Shown here: one piece after another, positions 36,704 through 50,141 of the stretch | How the letters are laid out: each line of letters starts with the position of its first letter | How positions within the stretch are numbered: the stretch's first letter is position 1 | DNA from: Octopus sinensis | Taxonomy: Eukaryota | Assembly: GCF_006345805.1 (NCBI RefSeq) | Contig: NC_043014.1 | Span: 35,588,001 to 35,652,000, forward strand | Length of the DNA stretch: 64,000 nucleotides | Direction of reading: 5' to 3' | Translations under genes and position numbers: made by a program | Notes under the pieces: generated by a model | What the model was told of the DNA's origin: nothing | The model's database searches: none | Seen by the model: the letters and a program-made list of their open reading frames with translations, nothing else

Positions 36704-37131
36704 TTACTCTTTTACTCTTTTACTCTTTTACTTTTACTTGTTTCAGTCATTTGACTGCGGCCATGCTGGAGCACCAACTTTTTAGTCGAGCAAATCGACA
36801 CCGGGACTTATTCTTTGTAAGCCCAGTACTTATCCTATCGGTCTCTTTTGCCGAACCGCTAAGTGACGGGGACGTAAACACACCAGCATCGGTTGTCAAG
36901 CAATGCTAGGGGGACAAACACAGACACACAATCACACACACACACATATATATATATATACATATATACGACAGGCTTCTTTCAGTTTCCGTCTACCAAA
37001 TCCACTCACAAGGCATTGGTCGGCCCGGGACTATAGCAGAAGACACTTGCCCAAGATGCCACGCAGTGGGACTGAACCCGCAACCATGTGGTTGGTTAGC
37101 AAGCTACTTACCACACAGCCACTCCTGCGCC
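36704..37131 (-). mobile_element. SINE family A (young, full length) with a (TAAAAGAG)n tail
   Basis: Near-identical inverted partner of 35786-36168. Confidence 0.94.
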
Positions 37132-37560
37132 ATTAGAGGATAAGGAAAACATTTTCCAAGCAACATTTTAAACTAAATTGCCAATAATGCTTTTGCAAGG
37201 GTTGGAAGGTCATAGCTATATATATGTAGTTGTATAATCAGTTATAGAGGTTGGCGGTTCAAGTGTTTAATATCATCAAAGAAGTTTCCTACTTTTAAAT
37301 AGGCATCAACAGCTATAAAACAAATCCCAGTCACAGGATTCCTATCGCAAAATACTCAAAAAGAACTGCATTGAACCTATCCCAATTTTCTACACGCTTT
37401 ATTCTTATGAATATAAACCGACCACTTGTCGATTTTATGCTGTAACTTATTACTCTTTCTTAAAAATTTTTCCTCGTCGCCTTTTTCTAGCAAATCTCAA
37501 AATGCAGTAAATATTTGACTCTACATCTTTTATTGAGTCTTTTTTCGGTTACTATTTACT

Positions 37561-37618
37561 TATTTTATTTTATCTAGTTTCAGCTCACGAGCTGTGGCCA
37601 TGCTGGGGCACCGCCATT
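37561..37618 (-). mobile_element. Ultra-short CR1-type tail element
   Basis: Reverse complement: aatggcggtgccccagcatggcca-cagct-cgtg-agctg-aaac-tagataaaataaaata. Confidence 0.7.
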
Positions 37619-38065
37619 TACTGATTTTCTGTTTTTACATTTTAATGACGCGCTGGAACACTCACATTTATTTACCTATTTACATATACGTATTGTGCTG
37701 GAGAAATTTAGATGCATAATAAATGAAATAGGAAATCAGGAAAGCTTCTAACATTGCTGAGATGAACGTTTAGAAATCTTTACATATTTCACGAGAAAAA
37801 GTCCTTCTTCAGAAAAGTACAGACAGAATCTACGCAGACGCACATTTCGTTGGCTGTGCTCTTCTGAAGGTGAACCTTTTCCCGTTTCGTTTATTGTTCT
37901 ACTACAATGCTTCAAACAAACTACGACATTTTTCTTAGATAAATGTGTGTGTAAATATGTAGACAGGCAGGTTTATAGACTAATAGGGAAACTCACACAC
38001 AAATACAGAAATACACATATCATTATGTGTGTGTGCGTGTGTCTGCGTGTATTACTCACATATGA

Positions 38066-38283
38066 CAGAAACGTTAGCACGCCGGGCAAAATGCGTAGCC
38101 GTATTTCGTCTGCCGTTACGTTCTGAGTTCAAATTCCGCCGAGGTCGACTTTGCCTTTCATCCTTTCGGGGTCGATAAATTAAGTACCAGTTACGCACTG
38201 GGGTCGATGTAATCGACTTAATCCGTTTGTCTGTCCTTGTTTATCCCCTCTGTATTTAGCCCCTTGTCGGTAGTAAAGAAATA
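38066..38283 (+). mobile_element. SINE family B (slightly 5'-truncated)
   Basis: cagaaacgttagcacgccggg.. through ..gtagtaaagaaata. Confidence 0.92.
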
Positions 38284-38293
38284 CATATATATA

Positions 38294-38324
<31 letters not shown>

Positions 38325-38715
38325 AAGAGAAAGACTGTAAGAGATACATACATAAATATCAAAAAAGTAAAAATATTACAAAATTATAAATTCGATTCCT
38401 CAGAAACCTTACATTTGCTTTTACCGAAGTGGTGTTTCACGTAAGACGATATGAACTAATAATTAAGCCTAAATTAACCATTAATTACTTCCTCTCTTCT
38501 GTGTTACGGTATAAATGATTTTCGATACCTTTATACAAAATAATAGAAGAATCCTTAACTTTGGAGGCCAGATGACACACGTACAAATTCTTAAGATTAA
38601 TTACATAATATGACCTTTAATTTACTTTCTGGCAACTATGAACTGTTTACGTTTACGTTTATTACTAACACAGCTCATGCATACTTGTATCCACACATAC
38701 AAATATATGCAAGTA

Positions 38716-39282
38716 TAGGGTTGTCCACAAAACTTCGTGCCGATTTATAGTAGCTTAACTTTCGACTTATTTTAGAACATGGTTGAGTCCATAAAATAAG
38801 ATGTGACTACACCTCCATTTAGAGCACAGTTTAAGCCATCTTTTCGTGGAAGAAGATTTATGTTCCTATAACATTTGTTAATTCTGTAACCTTTTAAAAT
38901 GGAAGATAAGAAAGTTCATTTTCGGCACTTGATGCTTTGGGAACCAGACAAAAATTGCTACAGCTCGGCTGGGATGTGTTGCCCCACCCTCCATATTCAC
39001 CAGATATTGATCCTTCGGATTTCCAATTATTCAGGTCTCTGCAGAATAGTCTTAATGGTAAAAATTTCAATTCCTTGGATGACGTAAAACAGATACCCTG
39101 ATGAATTCTTTGCCATGAAAACACCTCAATTCTGAGAAGAGGGTATTTTCAAGTTAAAGGAAAGATGGAGACGCATTGTGCAACAAAATGGTTCATATTT
39201 GGTCGATTAAAAATGTAATGGCAAGTATTTATGACCTTTTTCTTTCCCTTAAAAATCGGCACGAACTTTCCGGACAACCCAA
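38716..39282 (+). mobile_element. Internally deleted mariner (mellifera-like)
   Basis: TA flanks; TIRs tagggttgtccacaaaacttcgtgccgattt / aaatcggcacgaactttccggacaacccaa; MEDKKVHFRHLMLW fused to TRQKLLQLGWDVLPHPPYSPDIDPSDFQLFRSLQNSLNGKNF. Confidence 0.92.
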
Positions 39283-39730
39283 TATGTACGTCTGTATTTT
39301 TATACGGATGTATATACATGAATATATGTATGCATGCGACTGTAGATATCTTACAATGTGTTTGTGTATGCGGAGGTGCGTGTGTGCGTGTATATTTAGG
39401 TGTGTAGAAGCATAAAAAGTTTAACGACGATGGTTGCCTGATGACTGTACGCACAACACCCTCCCAAATATAGTGGGCGGCGAAAATGGGTGGATGTATA
39501 TATGTATATATATATATATATATATATTATATGTGTGTATATATATATAGATATATATGTATATAATATTATATATTAAATTATATTATTATAAGATTGT
39601 AAATATAACGTGAAAATCAAAGTTGGAATTTCTTGTTTAATATATATATAATATATATTATATATATATACGTATATATATATTATATATATAATATATA
39701 TATATATGTCTGCATATATATATATATACA

Positions 39731-39773
<43 letters not shown>

Positions 39774-40404
39774 TGCATATATGTATGTATGTATGTATGT
39801 TTATGTATGTATGGATGCGTGTGTCTATTCGTGTAGATACTCACTTATACATATATATGTCTATTCTAGTCGGTTGATTATGCATTAAAAACAAGGCTCC
39901 ATTGTTATTGCAATGTATAATACAGGAGCGATGCAAAACTAGATAGAAAGCATATAACACTACCAGTCTATATAAATTTCGGCCAAAAAATCTAGGAGAC
40001 TACATACGGTGGCTTTATTAATAGCAGCAAAATACAAAACAAAATAAACAAACAAATACGGTACACTTAAAATATGCTATAAAATTTTCCACGAATTTAA
40101 CCAATTTACAATTAAAAACTTAATATATGTAGCGACAACGTTTAATTGCATTATTGTTCTCATGGCACTTTACTGCCGACTATAAAACGTGGCAAGAAGG
40201 CATCACCATCGTCAGTTAATTCAGAAGATGAGATCGAAACGTCCTTGAAACGATAATGGTATTAGAAATCTTTTCGTTCTAAATTAAACACATATGACCA
40301 AGTGAATGTGAAAGATCTTTTATATAACAAATGCTAACGCCAAACACAGTTGAGTTTTAAATGTATTTCCTAATACAAATAAATAGGCATCGCATATATA
40401 TATA

Positions 40405-40803
40405 TATATATATATAAACGGCAAAATGTATGTGTGTCTGTGTGTCCGTTGTACAAATCCACAGTTTTTCACGTAAAAGGCTCGCATTTTCTATGGGCTT
40501 TCAAAACTGTCTGAGGGTGGTTGTGAAGATCTTTTCATTTCCCCAGTCACCTCAGAGAGCCATTAAAAAATCGATAAACCGATCCCTTATGCCCATAAGT
40601 TATGGGCATATGGGCATTGCTGAAGTCCAATGAATATTAATTACTATCATAAAAAGCTCCAACTAGCTCATAAGCAACAAAACTGACCCGGACTGAAATG
40701 CGATAAGAAACTTAGCTCTTGATTTTGTGAGAAATTTTTACTGCGACACGGCAACGATAACAAGTACTAGCACTAGACCCGGCAACGACGGTTCATAGTG
40801 GTA

Positions 40804-40805
<2 letters not shown>
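40405..40805 (+). mobile_element. Non-autonomous Helitron-like element
   Basis: 5' tatataaacggcaaaatgtatgtg.. homologous over ~165 bp to the 5' end of the 52125-52487 element; 3' hairpin plus a ctag-like end (gtagt). Confidence 0.7.
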
Positions 40806-40880
<75 letters not shown>

Positions 40881-42291
40881 TCATGTACATTTTGTAACTT
40901 TTGTTAGTAAATGAAACAAGTGTAATGGTAAATAAATAATAACAAAAAATGTTTCCAATCTCCTGTTTCAATATGTAATTACTATGCAAATAGTATTTTT
41001 TCCTGGATGGATGGATGGATAGAGGTAAGGCTGGCACACTCTATGCAATTAATGAGCAAATATTCACGAATATCTTTGCTATGCATGGCTACCAAAAATC
41101 TCTCTCAAATCAGAGTGTACCGTCTTGAAAATGAGACAACATTGTTCTGCTGTAATCTTTGATATTCTATATTTGACGGGAACGTACGATGAAATACATT
41201 TGATTACAATAACTGAGAAATATTAGCCAAAGAGACCGTCTTACTGGCCTGTTTTACTAAACTAACTTAACCTGAGTTCATGCCTATGAATATTATTTAT
41301 TGCCTTTGCAAAGGAGCTATTCAGAAAGGAATGCTTCATATTGTTAAAATCAATAATAATCAAACTGGTAATATCGTGAGTTGAAAAGTTTCGTTTAATT
41401 GAGGTTGTCTATGCGATTAGTAGATAAAAACTCCCTTTGTGGATGTTTCAAATCCAAAAGCAACAAAATAAGAGCGAAGAGCGATAATTACAATCAGATG
41501 AATTAAACAGTATAAAGAAAAAATAGATGTAGAAAACCACTAATTTTAAATCGATAATATTGATTCGTCTTTTTACCCACTAGTTGCGAGATCAAGAGGA
41601 AATAACAATACTTATGACCTTCGTAGGCTCTCCAAAACGTGGAAGATTGATGCTTAAACTGTAGCAAGTTTGCACGTTTGGGAAACAAGAGGTGGGAAGG
41701 AATTCAAAAGGACCATTGCCTGAGGAAAAAGTGACTTGGGCGTAGTAGCTGCATTGCTACTTATGCCTCCTGGTGAATGGCAAACCTTAATAGTTATAAT
41801 GGGATGTGAGCAGGACACAATACAGATAAAAGGAAGAGGAGAGACGTGTGAGTCATATCCTGGGATATGAAACTTATAGTTGCAGTAGGAAACGTAGATA
41901 AAGGAAACATGAAAAGATGCTTTTATTTATCCCTTACCTGAAAAGCTCAGACTTTTTCCCCACTAAGCATGTAAAATAACTTTGAAAAGACTAATTCCCA
42001 ATTTCTTGAAATTATTTTCCCTTTATTTTGAGAATCGCTAACAACTGCCGTTAGGTTTTTTGCTTTCTTTCGCCAATTAAGAGGGAAAATTCTGTTAAGA
42101 ATGCTTTTTGCCTAAGGCATTCAGTATATCACCTTCAAATTTATATATAATTACACATTAATATATCTAATGTACATACATGTACACTACACACACAAAA
42201 ACACACACAGACATGCACAATAATATATAGTTACATAGATACACACGCACATGTATACAGATCTACCTGCCTATATACATATGTTCAGAAT

Positions 42292-42352
<61 letters not shown>

Positions 42353-42789
42353 GGGGGGTACACATGTGTGTGTGTACACTCACACAATATATATAGTGTA
42401 TGTGGTTATGTGTGTGTGCATGTTTTCTTAAACTGATTATGTAAATTTGCCTTAATTTCCAGGAGGCATCTCTGCCATCTTTGTTTTTCTAAATAATCTG
42501 TGCAGGAACAACTTTATGATAATTTTCTGACTGCATAATCCCCACCACCCTTCACTCAATGATTTCCAAAGTCAACATAATCTTTGAAGATGTGTGTTCA
42601 GCCAGTGCAATTTAAAGACTGTCGTTATATTCCAACCCTTCTCTTTTTAAATTCTATTCTCAGTCGTGCATTTAACTTCTAGTTGTGCATATTGTATAAA
42701 TAAGTTACTGCAGTAAATATTTTATCAACGCTAGTGTGGTATCGTTATTGTTATTGTAAGGAAGGGCGGTTATTGACAGATAGGGTATA

Positions 42790-43560
42790 GGGAGGGTTTA
42801 AAGGCCTCGCAGTGTTGAATTACATTTCTGGGTTTTAATTTAAAACCTCACCTAGAACAGCCTTGCATTATGTTCTCCTATGGTCGATAAAATAAACTCC
42901 TTGTCAAAAATTGAAGTAAATTTAATCGACTGGCTATCTTCTAGAAATTTCTGGTCTTGTGATTATGTTAGAAATTATTAAGAACAGATGATAAGTAGAA
43001 TCTTGGATCGTGGGATAATATACCTAGCGTTCTGAGTTCAAATTCTTCCGAATTCATTTTTGTTTTTACAACTATCTGGCTAAATGCTGCTTATCGACAA
43101 AGCCCTCCCACCATGTTTCTGGCCTTGTACCTAAATTAGAAATATTTATTGGTTTTAAATTTTGGCATATGGCCAGCATGTTCGGGTAAGACGATTAAAT
43201 TGACCCCTGTGTTCAGCAGTGTTTATCTGATCGATCCTGAAAGGTTGAAAGGCAAAGTTGACCTCGGTGGAATTTGAACCCAGAGCATAAAGACAGACGA
43301 AATGTCGCTAACCATTTTTCACGGTGCTGTAATGATTCTGCCTAAATTAGAAATGTTTATTGTTATTGTAAGAATGTATAACGTGTGGCAGATATGGTAC
43401 AGAGAAAGATTAAAGAACTTGTAACTTTGAATCATATCTTCCTCTGGGTTTTGATTTAAAATCTCGCTTATGTCAACTCTGCCTTTCATGTTCCTCGCGG
43501 AATCAATGAAATAAAACAGCAGCCAACTACTGAAGTTGAATTAATCGGTTGTTCTCTCCT
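42790..43560. mobile_element. Cluster of about four decayed SINE B-like copies in both orientations
   Basis: Relic motifs ggtcgataaaataaac, gagttcaaattc, gaaaggcaaagttgacctcggtggaatttgaac and aactctgcctttcatg. Confidence 0.65.
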
Positions 43561-44859
43561 CCATACATGTATTCTAATATAAGCGTTGCACCTACGTTGG
43601 AATTTATCTTTATGATTATTTTTAGTAATGCGGTGTTCATAAAACAACAAATAGATACGTCTACAACTTGGAAAATATGCATAGTTGCTTTCCTAGTTAA
43701 CGAAGATGCTCAAAATTAACAAATGCTCTACTTGCTAGTTTTATTTTCTGAAAAATGTTTGTAGGTAGTTCTGGGTAGTCTATCAACGCAATGACAGAAA
43801 CAGTTGTACATCGTTCAACTTGTACCAATTACAAATGAGGTGACTGGCACATCTTAACTGCTGTAATGTTTTAATCCAAGTTTAGTCTAATTCCTTAACT
43901 TTTCAGCTCGCTTCTAATCAACATTATAGTTTTTCGCCTTCGCTTTGTCGGTATCTAATTAGTAAACTATTATCCTTATTTGTCATTTAAACAATATTAA
44001 ACTTACTTTATGCTATCTAACGGTCTATCTGTTCGTTAAAGTCCAGGTTTTGCATTTTCATTTTTAAAATAAATTAAGGTTCATATGAATACCTCACAGT
44101 CTTTACATAAATCTATTGAAATTGATTGACTAAGCGAATGTAAAAGGCCATCGCTATTTATGTCTTCAAGTATATGTCAGGGCGTGTGTAAGACATCTTG
44201 ATACAATGTAGTGGTGTATTGCTTCTGGAGAAAATGCACCACACGTGTGACATTCACGGCTTTAATTACTTTCTATGAATTAGAGGAGGAAGTGAAGCGT
44301 TTGGGATATTTTCCTTGGCCTTTGAAGTGAGAAGAATGAAGGAAGTTATCTTCAGACAGAAGACTTGACCCGAATGCTGGCAACGGAGTGGAGTCTGCTA
44401 AAGCTATCTAAACTGCAAGTAGTGGTGCTTAACCTGCTTCTGTTTATTTTTGCTGCATCAAACAGGAGCGAGTCCTTTCATGGGCTTCCACGCGGTTTCC
44501 GTCCATTAAATTCCACTCATAATACTTTGATCAAACCGACGCTATAATAGAAGACTTTTGCTCAGGGTACCCGGGCGTATTAAGAATATTCTTTTCTATA
44601 CATACCTAGATGTAATATTTTTTCTCCTGTATCAGGAATTGCTTTTGGCGCCCCATTTAGACCAGATTTCTTCATCCACCCAGAGAAAATGAAGTACCAC
44701 ATCTGTACTGATGCTGATCTGATCGATGAAGTGCTTTCTCGAATTTTGTGGCCGTGTCTAGGTTAGAAATCATTATATTGTAAGGACTTAATATATTATA
44801 TTATAATTATATTATACTATATTATATTATATTATATTATACTATATTATATTATAAAG

Positions 44860-45270
44860 CCCATGTTTCACTACCATATAACATTGCAGGTAGAATTGTG
44901 CTATTGATGAGATTGGTGCGGGTGGTCCTGTCCAACCTTCCCTTGAGCACATCCTTTATGCCATTAAATGCCTTCCATTCGGCCCTTACTCTCCATGAGA
45001 TGTCCTTTTCGATATCTCGGCACATATTCGCTTCCTGTCCCAGGCAGTCAAATTGCTTTACCTCCTCTATTTCATCACTGCCGAGTGGTACCCGCGCGAG
45101 CGGAAACGACCACTCGGAAGGCCTCCACGACGGTGGAGTTACGATATCAGGAGGGCGATTGGGATGACGTGGATGAGAAAGGCGAGATTCAGAGAGGATT
45201 GGACAGCGTTCTGTGACCAGCGATGTCAAATGGATGCCCGACGGACTGGTCAGTTAAGGTAATCAAGGTG
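44860..45270. mobile_element. RTE-clade LINE 3' fragment with a 5' inversion and an 11-bp TSD
   Basis: Minus strand 44860-45075 reads EIEEVKQFDCLGQ..AFNGIKDVL..STILPAMLYGSETWAL; plus strand 45075-45262 reads EWYPRERKRPLGRPPRRW..; atattataaag at 44849-44859 and 45271-45281. Confidence 0.88.
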
Positions 45271-45278
45271 ATATTATA

Positions 45279-45470
45279 AAGGCGGCAAGCTGGCAGAATC
45301 GTTTGTACGCCAGACTAAATCCTTAGCAGCTTTTCGTCTGTCTTTACGTTCTGAGCTCAAGTTCTGCTTCTTTACAGTTTGAGTTCAAATCCTGCCGAGG
45401 TCAATTTTGCAATTCATCCTTCCGGAGTTTATAAAATCTGAGCCACTCAAGTAATGCGTTTGATTTAATC
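45279..45470 (+). mobile_element. Diverged SINE family B
   Basis: aaggcggcaagctggcagaatcg..gagttcaaatcctgccgaggtc. Confidence 0.75.
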
Positions 45471-45609
45471 AATTATACTCTGTGTTCTAAAACGTGTGAC
45501 TCTGATATCCGATTATATCCGTTCCTTATAAAAATTATTTCATGCATGATGGGAAACTATAATGATTATATTGATATAAATAAGGTTACATGAAGCAGCC
45601 TTGCTAATA

Positions 45610-45816
45610 TTAGTTTCAAACTTTGGCACAAGGCCAGCAATTTGGGGCCTGGGATCTAATCGGCTACATCGACCCCAGTGTTCAACTGGTACTTATTTTA
45701 TTGACCCCCGAAAGCATGGAAGGCAAAGTCAACTTCGGCAAAATTTGAACTCTGAACGTAAAGACGGATGAAGCATTTTGTCTGGTGTGCTAACGATTCT
45801 GCCAGAGCTTGCCGTC
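45610..45816 (-). mobile_element. SINE family B, variant tail
   Basis: ggcacaaggccagcaattt..catcgaccccagtgttcaactggtac..aatttgaactc..ctaacgattctgccag. Confidence 0.8.
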
Positions 45817-46074
45817 ATCAATTTTGATAATATCGACACAATATAGATATAAAACCAAATATGATGTCAGAACTCTCGTGACACCAACATTTTCCCTTAA
45901 CAGTTGCAAATGTTTTCAATCCTGGAAGAATAAAAGGTAAAACTGACCTTGCTTAGATTCGAACTCTGAGTGTAACAGTTCAGATAATAAATAAATATTA
46001 CAAGTCCTTTTGCTTCGGATTTTCCACTTCTGACATCTCATTGGTCTTGTGAATAACAGCAACAACAGCAGTGT

Positions 46075-46268
46075 GGAGGCGCAATGGCCCAGTGCTTAGG
46101 GCAGCGGACTCACGGTCGTAAGAACGCGGTTTCGATTCCCAGACCGGCATTGTGAGTGTTTATTGAGCAAAAACCACCTAAGCTCCACAAGGCTCCGGCG
46201 GGGGTCGGGGGTGAATCCCGCTGTACTCTTTCACTACAACTTTCTCTCACTCTTTCTTCCTACTTCTG
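46075..46268 (+). mobile_element. SINE family C, 5' part
   Basis: ggaggcgcaatggcccagtgcttagggcagcggactcacggtcg..ggtttcgattccc..acctaagctccac..acaactttctctcactctttc, shared with 14413. Confidence 0.8.
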
Positions 46269-46913
46269 CCACAAAGCAGAGGAACCATGGTGTAACCCAC
46301 TATGGTGTGGTAAACTTTCAGACCCAAGTCTAGATTGCTATTCCTCTGTACCCCAGGATGGTTCAGCTATCCACCCATTAAAAGCCACTATTTACGGAAT
46401 GAGGATAACAATGTAGCTTTTACACCTGTGCAACCATCAGTCTATTGCGTGTGGTGGGTGAATCTTCAAGTTGCCTCACGCATTCTTAGTAGCTTAGAGT
46501 AGGCTCGAATTAGAGATTATTCTTTGTGGCTAATAGCGTGAGTCCTGATTGGAAGAAGAAGATAGCAGCAATTCTTTCTTATTTAGGCACAAGGCCAATT
46601 TCGTGTGGAGGAGTTCAGTTGAATACATCGTCCGCCAGTACTTGACTTCTGTTTTATTTTATGGACACCGAAAGGATGAAAGGCAAAGTTAATATCACTG
46701 GAATTTGAATTCAGAAATTAAAAGAACATAAATATAAATTGCATGGCATTTTTCCTGACGATCTACCGAATCTGCTATCCATTACTATCAATGTTCACGA
46801 GGATGATGAAAATCACACCATCATCATCATCATCACCGTCGCTGTCATCATCGTCGTCGACATCATCGCCATCATCTACACCATCAGCATTGCCGTTGCT
46901 ATTATTATTATCA

Positions 46914-46978
<65 letters not shown>

Positions 46979-47199
46979 CAGTGTTATCCTTTGGAATCCA
47001 AAATTTGACTGCATTATGCAGCTGGTGCCAATTTAAATTTGACAGTAGAGAGAATGGGTGGTATAATGTAAAAGACTGATGTTTAATGATGCTAGTTAGA
47101 GATAGGGGATCATGTTTCCATCTTAATAGCACTACACCACGCCAATGAAAATATATTTTATTGGTTGGAGCTGTCAGTGTTCTCCCTCTGTCTCCCTCT

Positions 47200-47331
47200 A
47201 TTTCTACATACACACTTATGTATATATGTTTGCATGTATATATATACATATATATAATATATATATGTATATATATATCTATATATATATATCCATACAT
47301 CTATATATGTATATATATGCATGTATGTATA

Positions 47332-47368
<37 letters not shown>

Positions 47369-47378
47369 ATATATATAT

Positions 47379-47423
<45 letters not shown>

Positions 47424-47456
47424 ATATATCTATATATATACATATATATATATATA

Positions 47457-47513
<57 letters not shown>

Positions 47514-48032
47514 GTGTGTGTATGTATGTATGTATATATGACTGAATAATGATGAGAGATGGGCGACAAAAGATCTAACGTTTTGTGGACCCCGGACAGA
47601 GGAATACTTAAGTTGGCATCGTTGGGATTTGAGCTTAGAAACGAAAATGAGCGAAACGTATGTAATGCGTCGGTGTGCTGATTAAGACAATAAGAAACCA
47701 CTTAAAAAGTGCTGATGGTAAATATTTCTTTGCTTTGTCACGAAGCCAAAATAGAAACAATACTTCAGGGTACAAGTAATAACATAGACGAGCATTCTGA
47801 TTACGTAAACATATATATAATTGTACACACACATATATCTATGTATGTGCGTAGATATATAGATGTATGTATGTGTATATGTGTGTGTGTGCATATATAT
47901 ATACTATATATATGTGTATGTGTGTGTGTAAATATATATGTGTGTATATATACATATACTTAGACACGCATACACAACCATATATATATACATATATACA
48001 TAATATATATATATTTATACGTATAACATACA

Positions 48033-48081
<49 letters not shown>

Positions 48082-48138
48082 TATATATATAATATAATAT
48101 ATATATATATATATATATAATATATATATATATAATAT

Positions 48139-48229
<91 letters not shown>

Positions 48230-48268
48230 TATATATATATATATAATATATATATATATATATAATAC

Positions 48269-48300
<32 letters not shown>

Positions 48301-48352
48301 TATATATATATATAATATATAATATATATATATATGTATGTATGTATGTATA
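47200..48352. repeat. Extensive (TA)n/(TATG)n/(TG)n microsatellite blocks
   Basis: Directly visible, interrupted by short unique or old-repeat segments near 47545-47810. Confidence 0.9.
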
Positions 48353-48354
48353 TA

Positions 48355-48648
48355 CGTGGCCTGATCAATAACTATCCGGAACATTGCTTGCTATAGTAAC
48401 AGAAACTAAAGCACGGAAGGTAAAGCCACTTAGCACAGATTGACCTTAAACTGTGTTGTACATGCGCACTAAGTTGTTTTAACGTCATTCCTCACTTCCG
48501 CTGTTTACAGCAATAGTTGGAAGGAAGATGTGTAGCGTGTGATCGTTGCTTTGACCATGACAGAGAAATTTGAGCAGAGAATCTCTATCAATTTTACCAG
48601 AAGCTTGGCAATACCTGCTCAGAAGCCTACGCAAAGTTTTCAAAAAGT
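48355..48648 (+). mobile_element. Mariner 5' end fragment (TIR plus transposase start)
   Basis: TA|cgtggcctgatcaataactatccgga..gaccatgacagagaaatttgagcagaga..ctgctcagaagcctacgcaaag; same family as 34394-35043. Abuts a minus-strand SINE A head fragment at 48649-48701. Confidence 0.8.
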
Positions 48649-49655
48649 CACGTAGTGGGACTGAACCCAGAACCATGTGGTTGGAAAGCGAGCTTCTTAC
48701 CTTCCATAAAATATCGGTTCTTTGTTCCCTTTCTGTGTCTTAATCAAGGAGAGAGGCATTTCTTTTCTGAGATGTTCTGTTCCACAGTTTACTGATGAAT
48801 AGAGAACCTAAATCCTCTGTTCTTTGTGACTTACAATTGTTCAGTGATGCTCACTCTGGCAAATACTATCAACCCTCCCCCAAACAAAGAAAAACAATTT
48901 CTTACCTATAGAGTTTGCATACAAAGTAATTCTTTTTTCTTTACCGTAGAGCAGAGCAAGCTTAAAAAGATGAAAACTATTACCTTTTATTAAACATGGT
49001 AATATGTTTGCTCTCTTTTCAATCCTCACTTGCCCACCAGGAGAGCCTTCCCACCTATAAAAAGAACAGAAGTAGGTCAAGGTGTATAAGAAGTCGTGTT
49101 CTCTATTATCTCACCACTTCTTCGTCTGCCTTCCTGTCTGTCTGTTTGCCTGTCTCTCTCCTCTTCTCTGTCACTGTCTCTATCTCTCCTTCTATTTTCA
49201 ACCCTCTCAATAAAGAACGTTATGAACGAACGTAAAATTGTAAAAAGCGATACCAGGGAGAGAATAACGTTAAGTTACGATCTAGAACAATTGTTTTAAC
49301 TATATTTTACATCTTCACGATTCTCAGTTTACCGTAATTTTTCCGTATGCCATTTATTTTCGAAAGTATACACTGGTTTGCTATTAATTTTACCAAGTGT
49401 GTTGAAGCAGAGTGTCAGTGTAGACTTTAAAGCCTACTGTCTCATCTCTTATCATTCCTCTCAAAAAATACGGCTAAATGCAACTGATAGATAATAAAAT
49501 AACTCCCGAAGTATTAATAATAAATAAATTACCCGCACCTAATCTTGTCTCTATCTCTCTTTATTCCCCTCTCTCATTCTGTATATATGCTTGTGCGTGT
49601 GTGTGGATGTGAGTTCATAAATACATATATACACACACCTATATATGTATGTAAG

Positions 49656-49700
<45 letters not shown>

Positions 49701-50141
49701 TTATGTGTATATATATGCATATATGCGTGTGTGTGTGTGCGTATTATGTTGGTTTTATTCCACACACATTTTATCCGGAAAAAACAGTTGCATTGCATAA
49801 TTAATAAAGAATTTAATATGAATTATCCATATATGGACAATGGTTTCCGAATATATATTTCCCACATCTGCTTGCTGAAAGATTCCGCCGCTCTCGTTTT
49901 TATACTCACACCTTTTCCCTGTATGTGTTTGTGCCTCTGTGTGTGCGTGACTAAGCGGCGTGTGTGTGTGTGTGTGTAAGAGTGCACAAACAAGCATTTG
50001 TTTTTTTACATACATAAATATTCACATATTCGATATACATACATATATACTATATAGTATTATATTATATGCAGAGAGAGAGAGAGACAGGGGGAGGGAA
50101 AGAGAGGGAAGTGTATATACTGGTATATATGTATATATATA

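Noticed and set aside
37813-37869. 57-nt candidate exon KSTDRIYADAHFVGCALLK; similar splice-like candidates near 48980-49060, 57415 and 62400-62620
   Set aside because: No homology recognised and no consistent multi-exon model.
40225-40252. cagaagatgagatcgaaacgtc hammerhead-like string
   Set aside because: Stem II is too short and stem I does not pair; at best a decayed relic.
41934-41950. Minus-strand ttttcag|gtaag as a possible recursive splice site
   Set aside because: Weak pyrimidine tract and no evidence of a host transcript.
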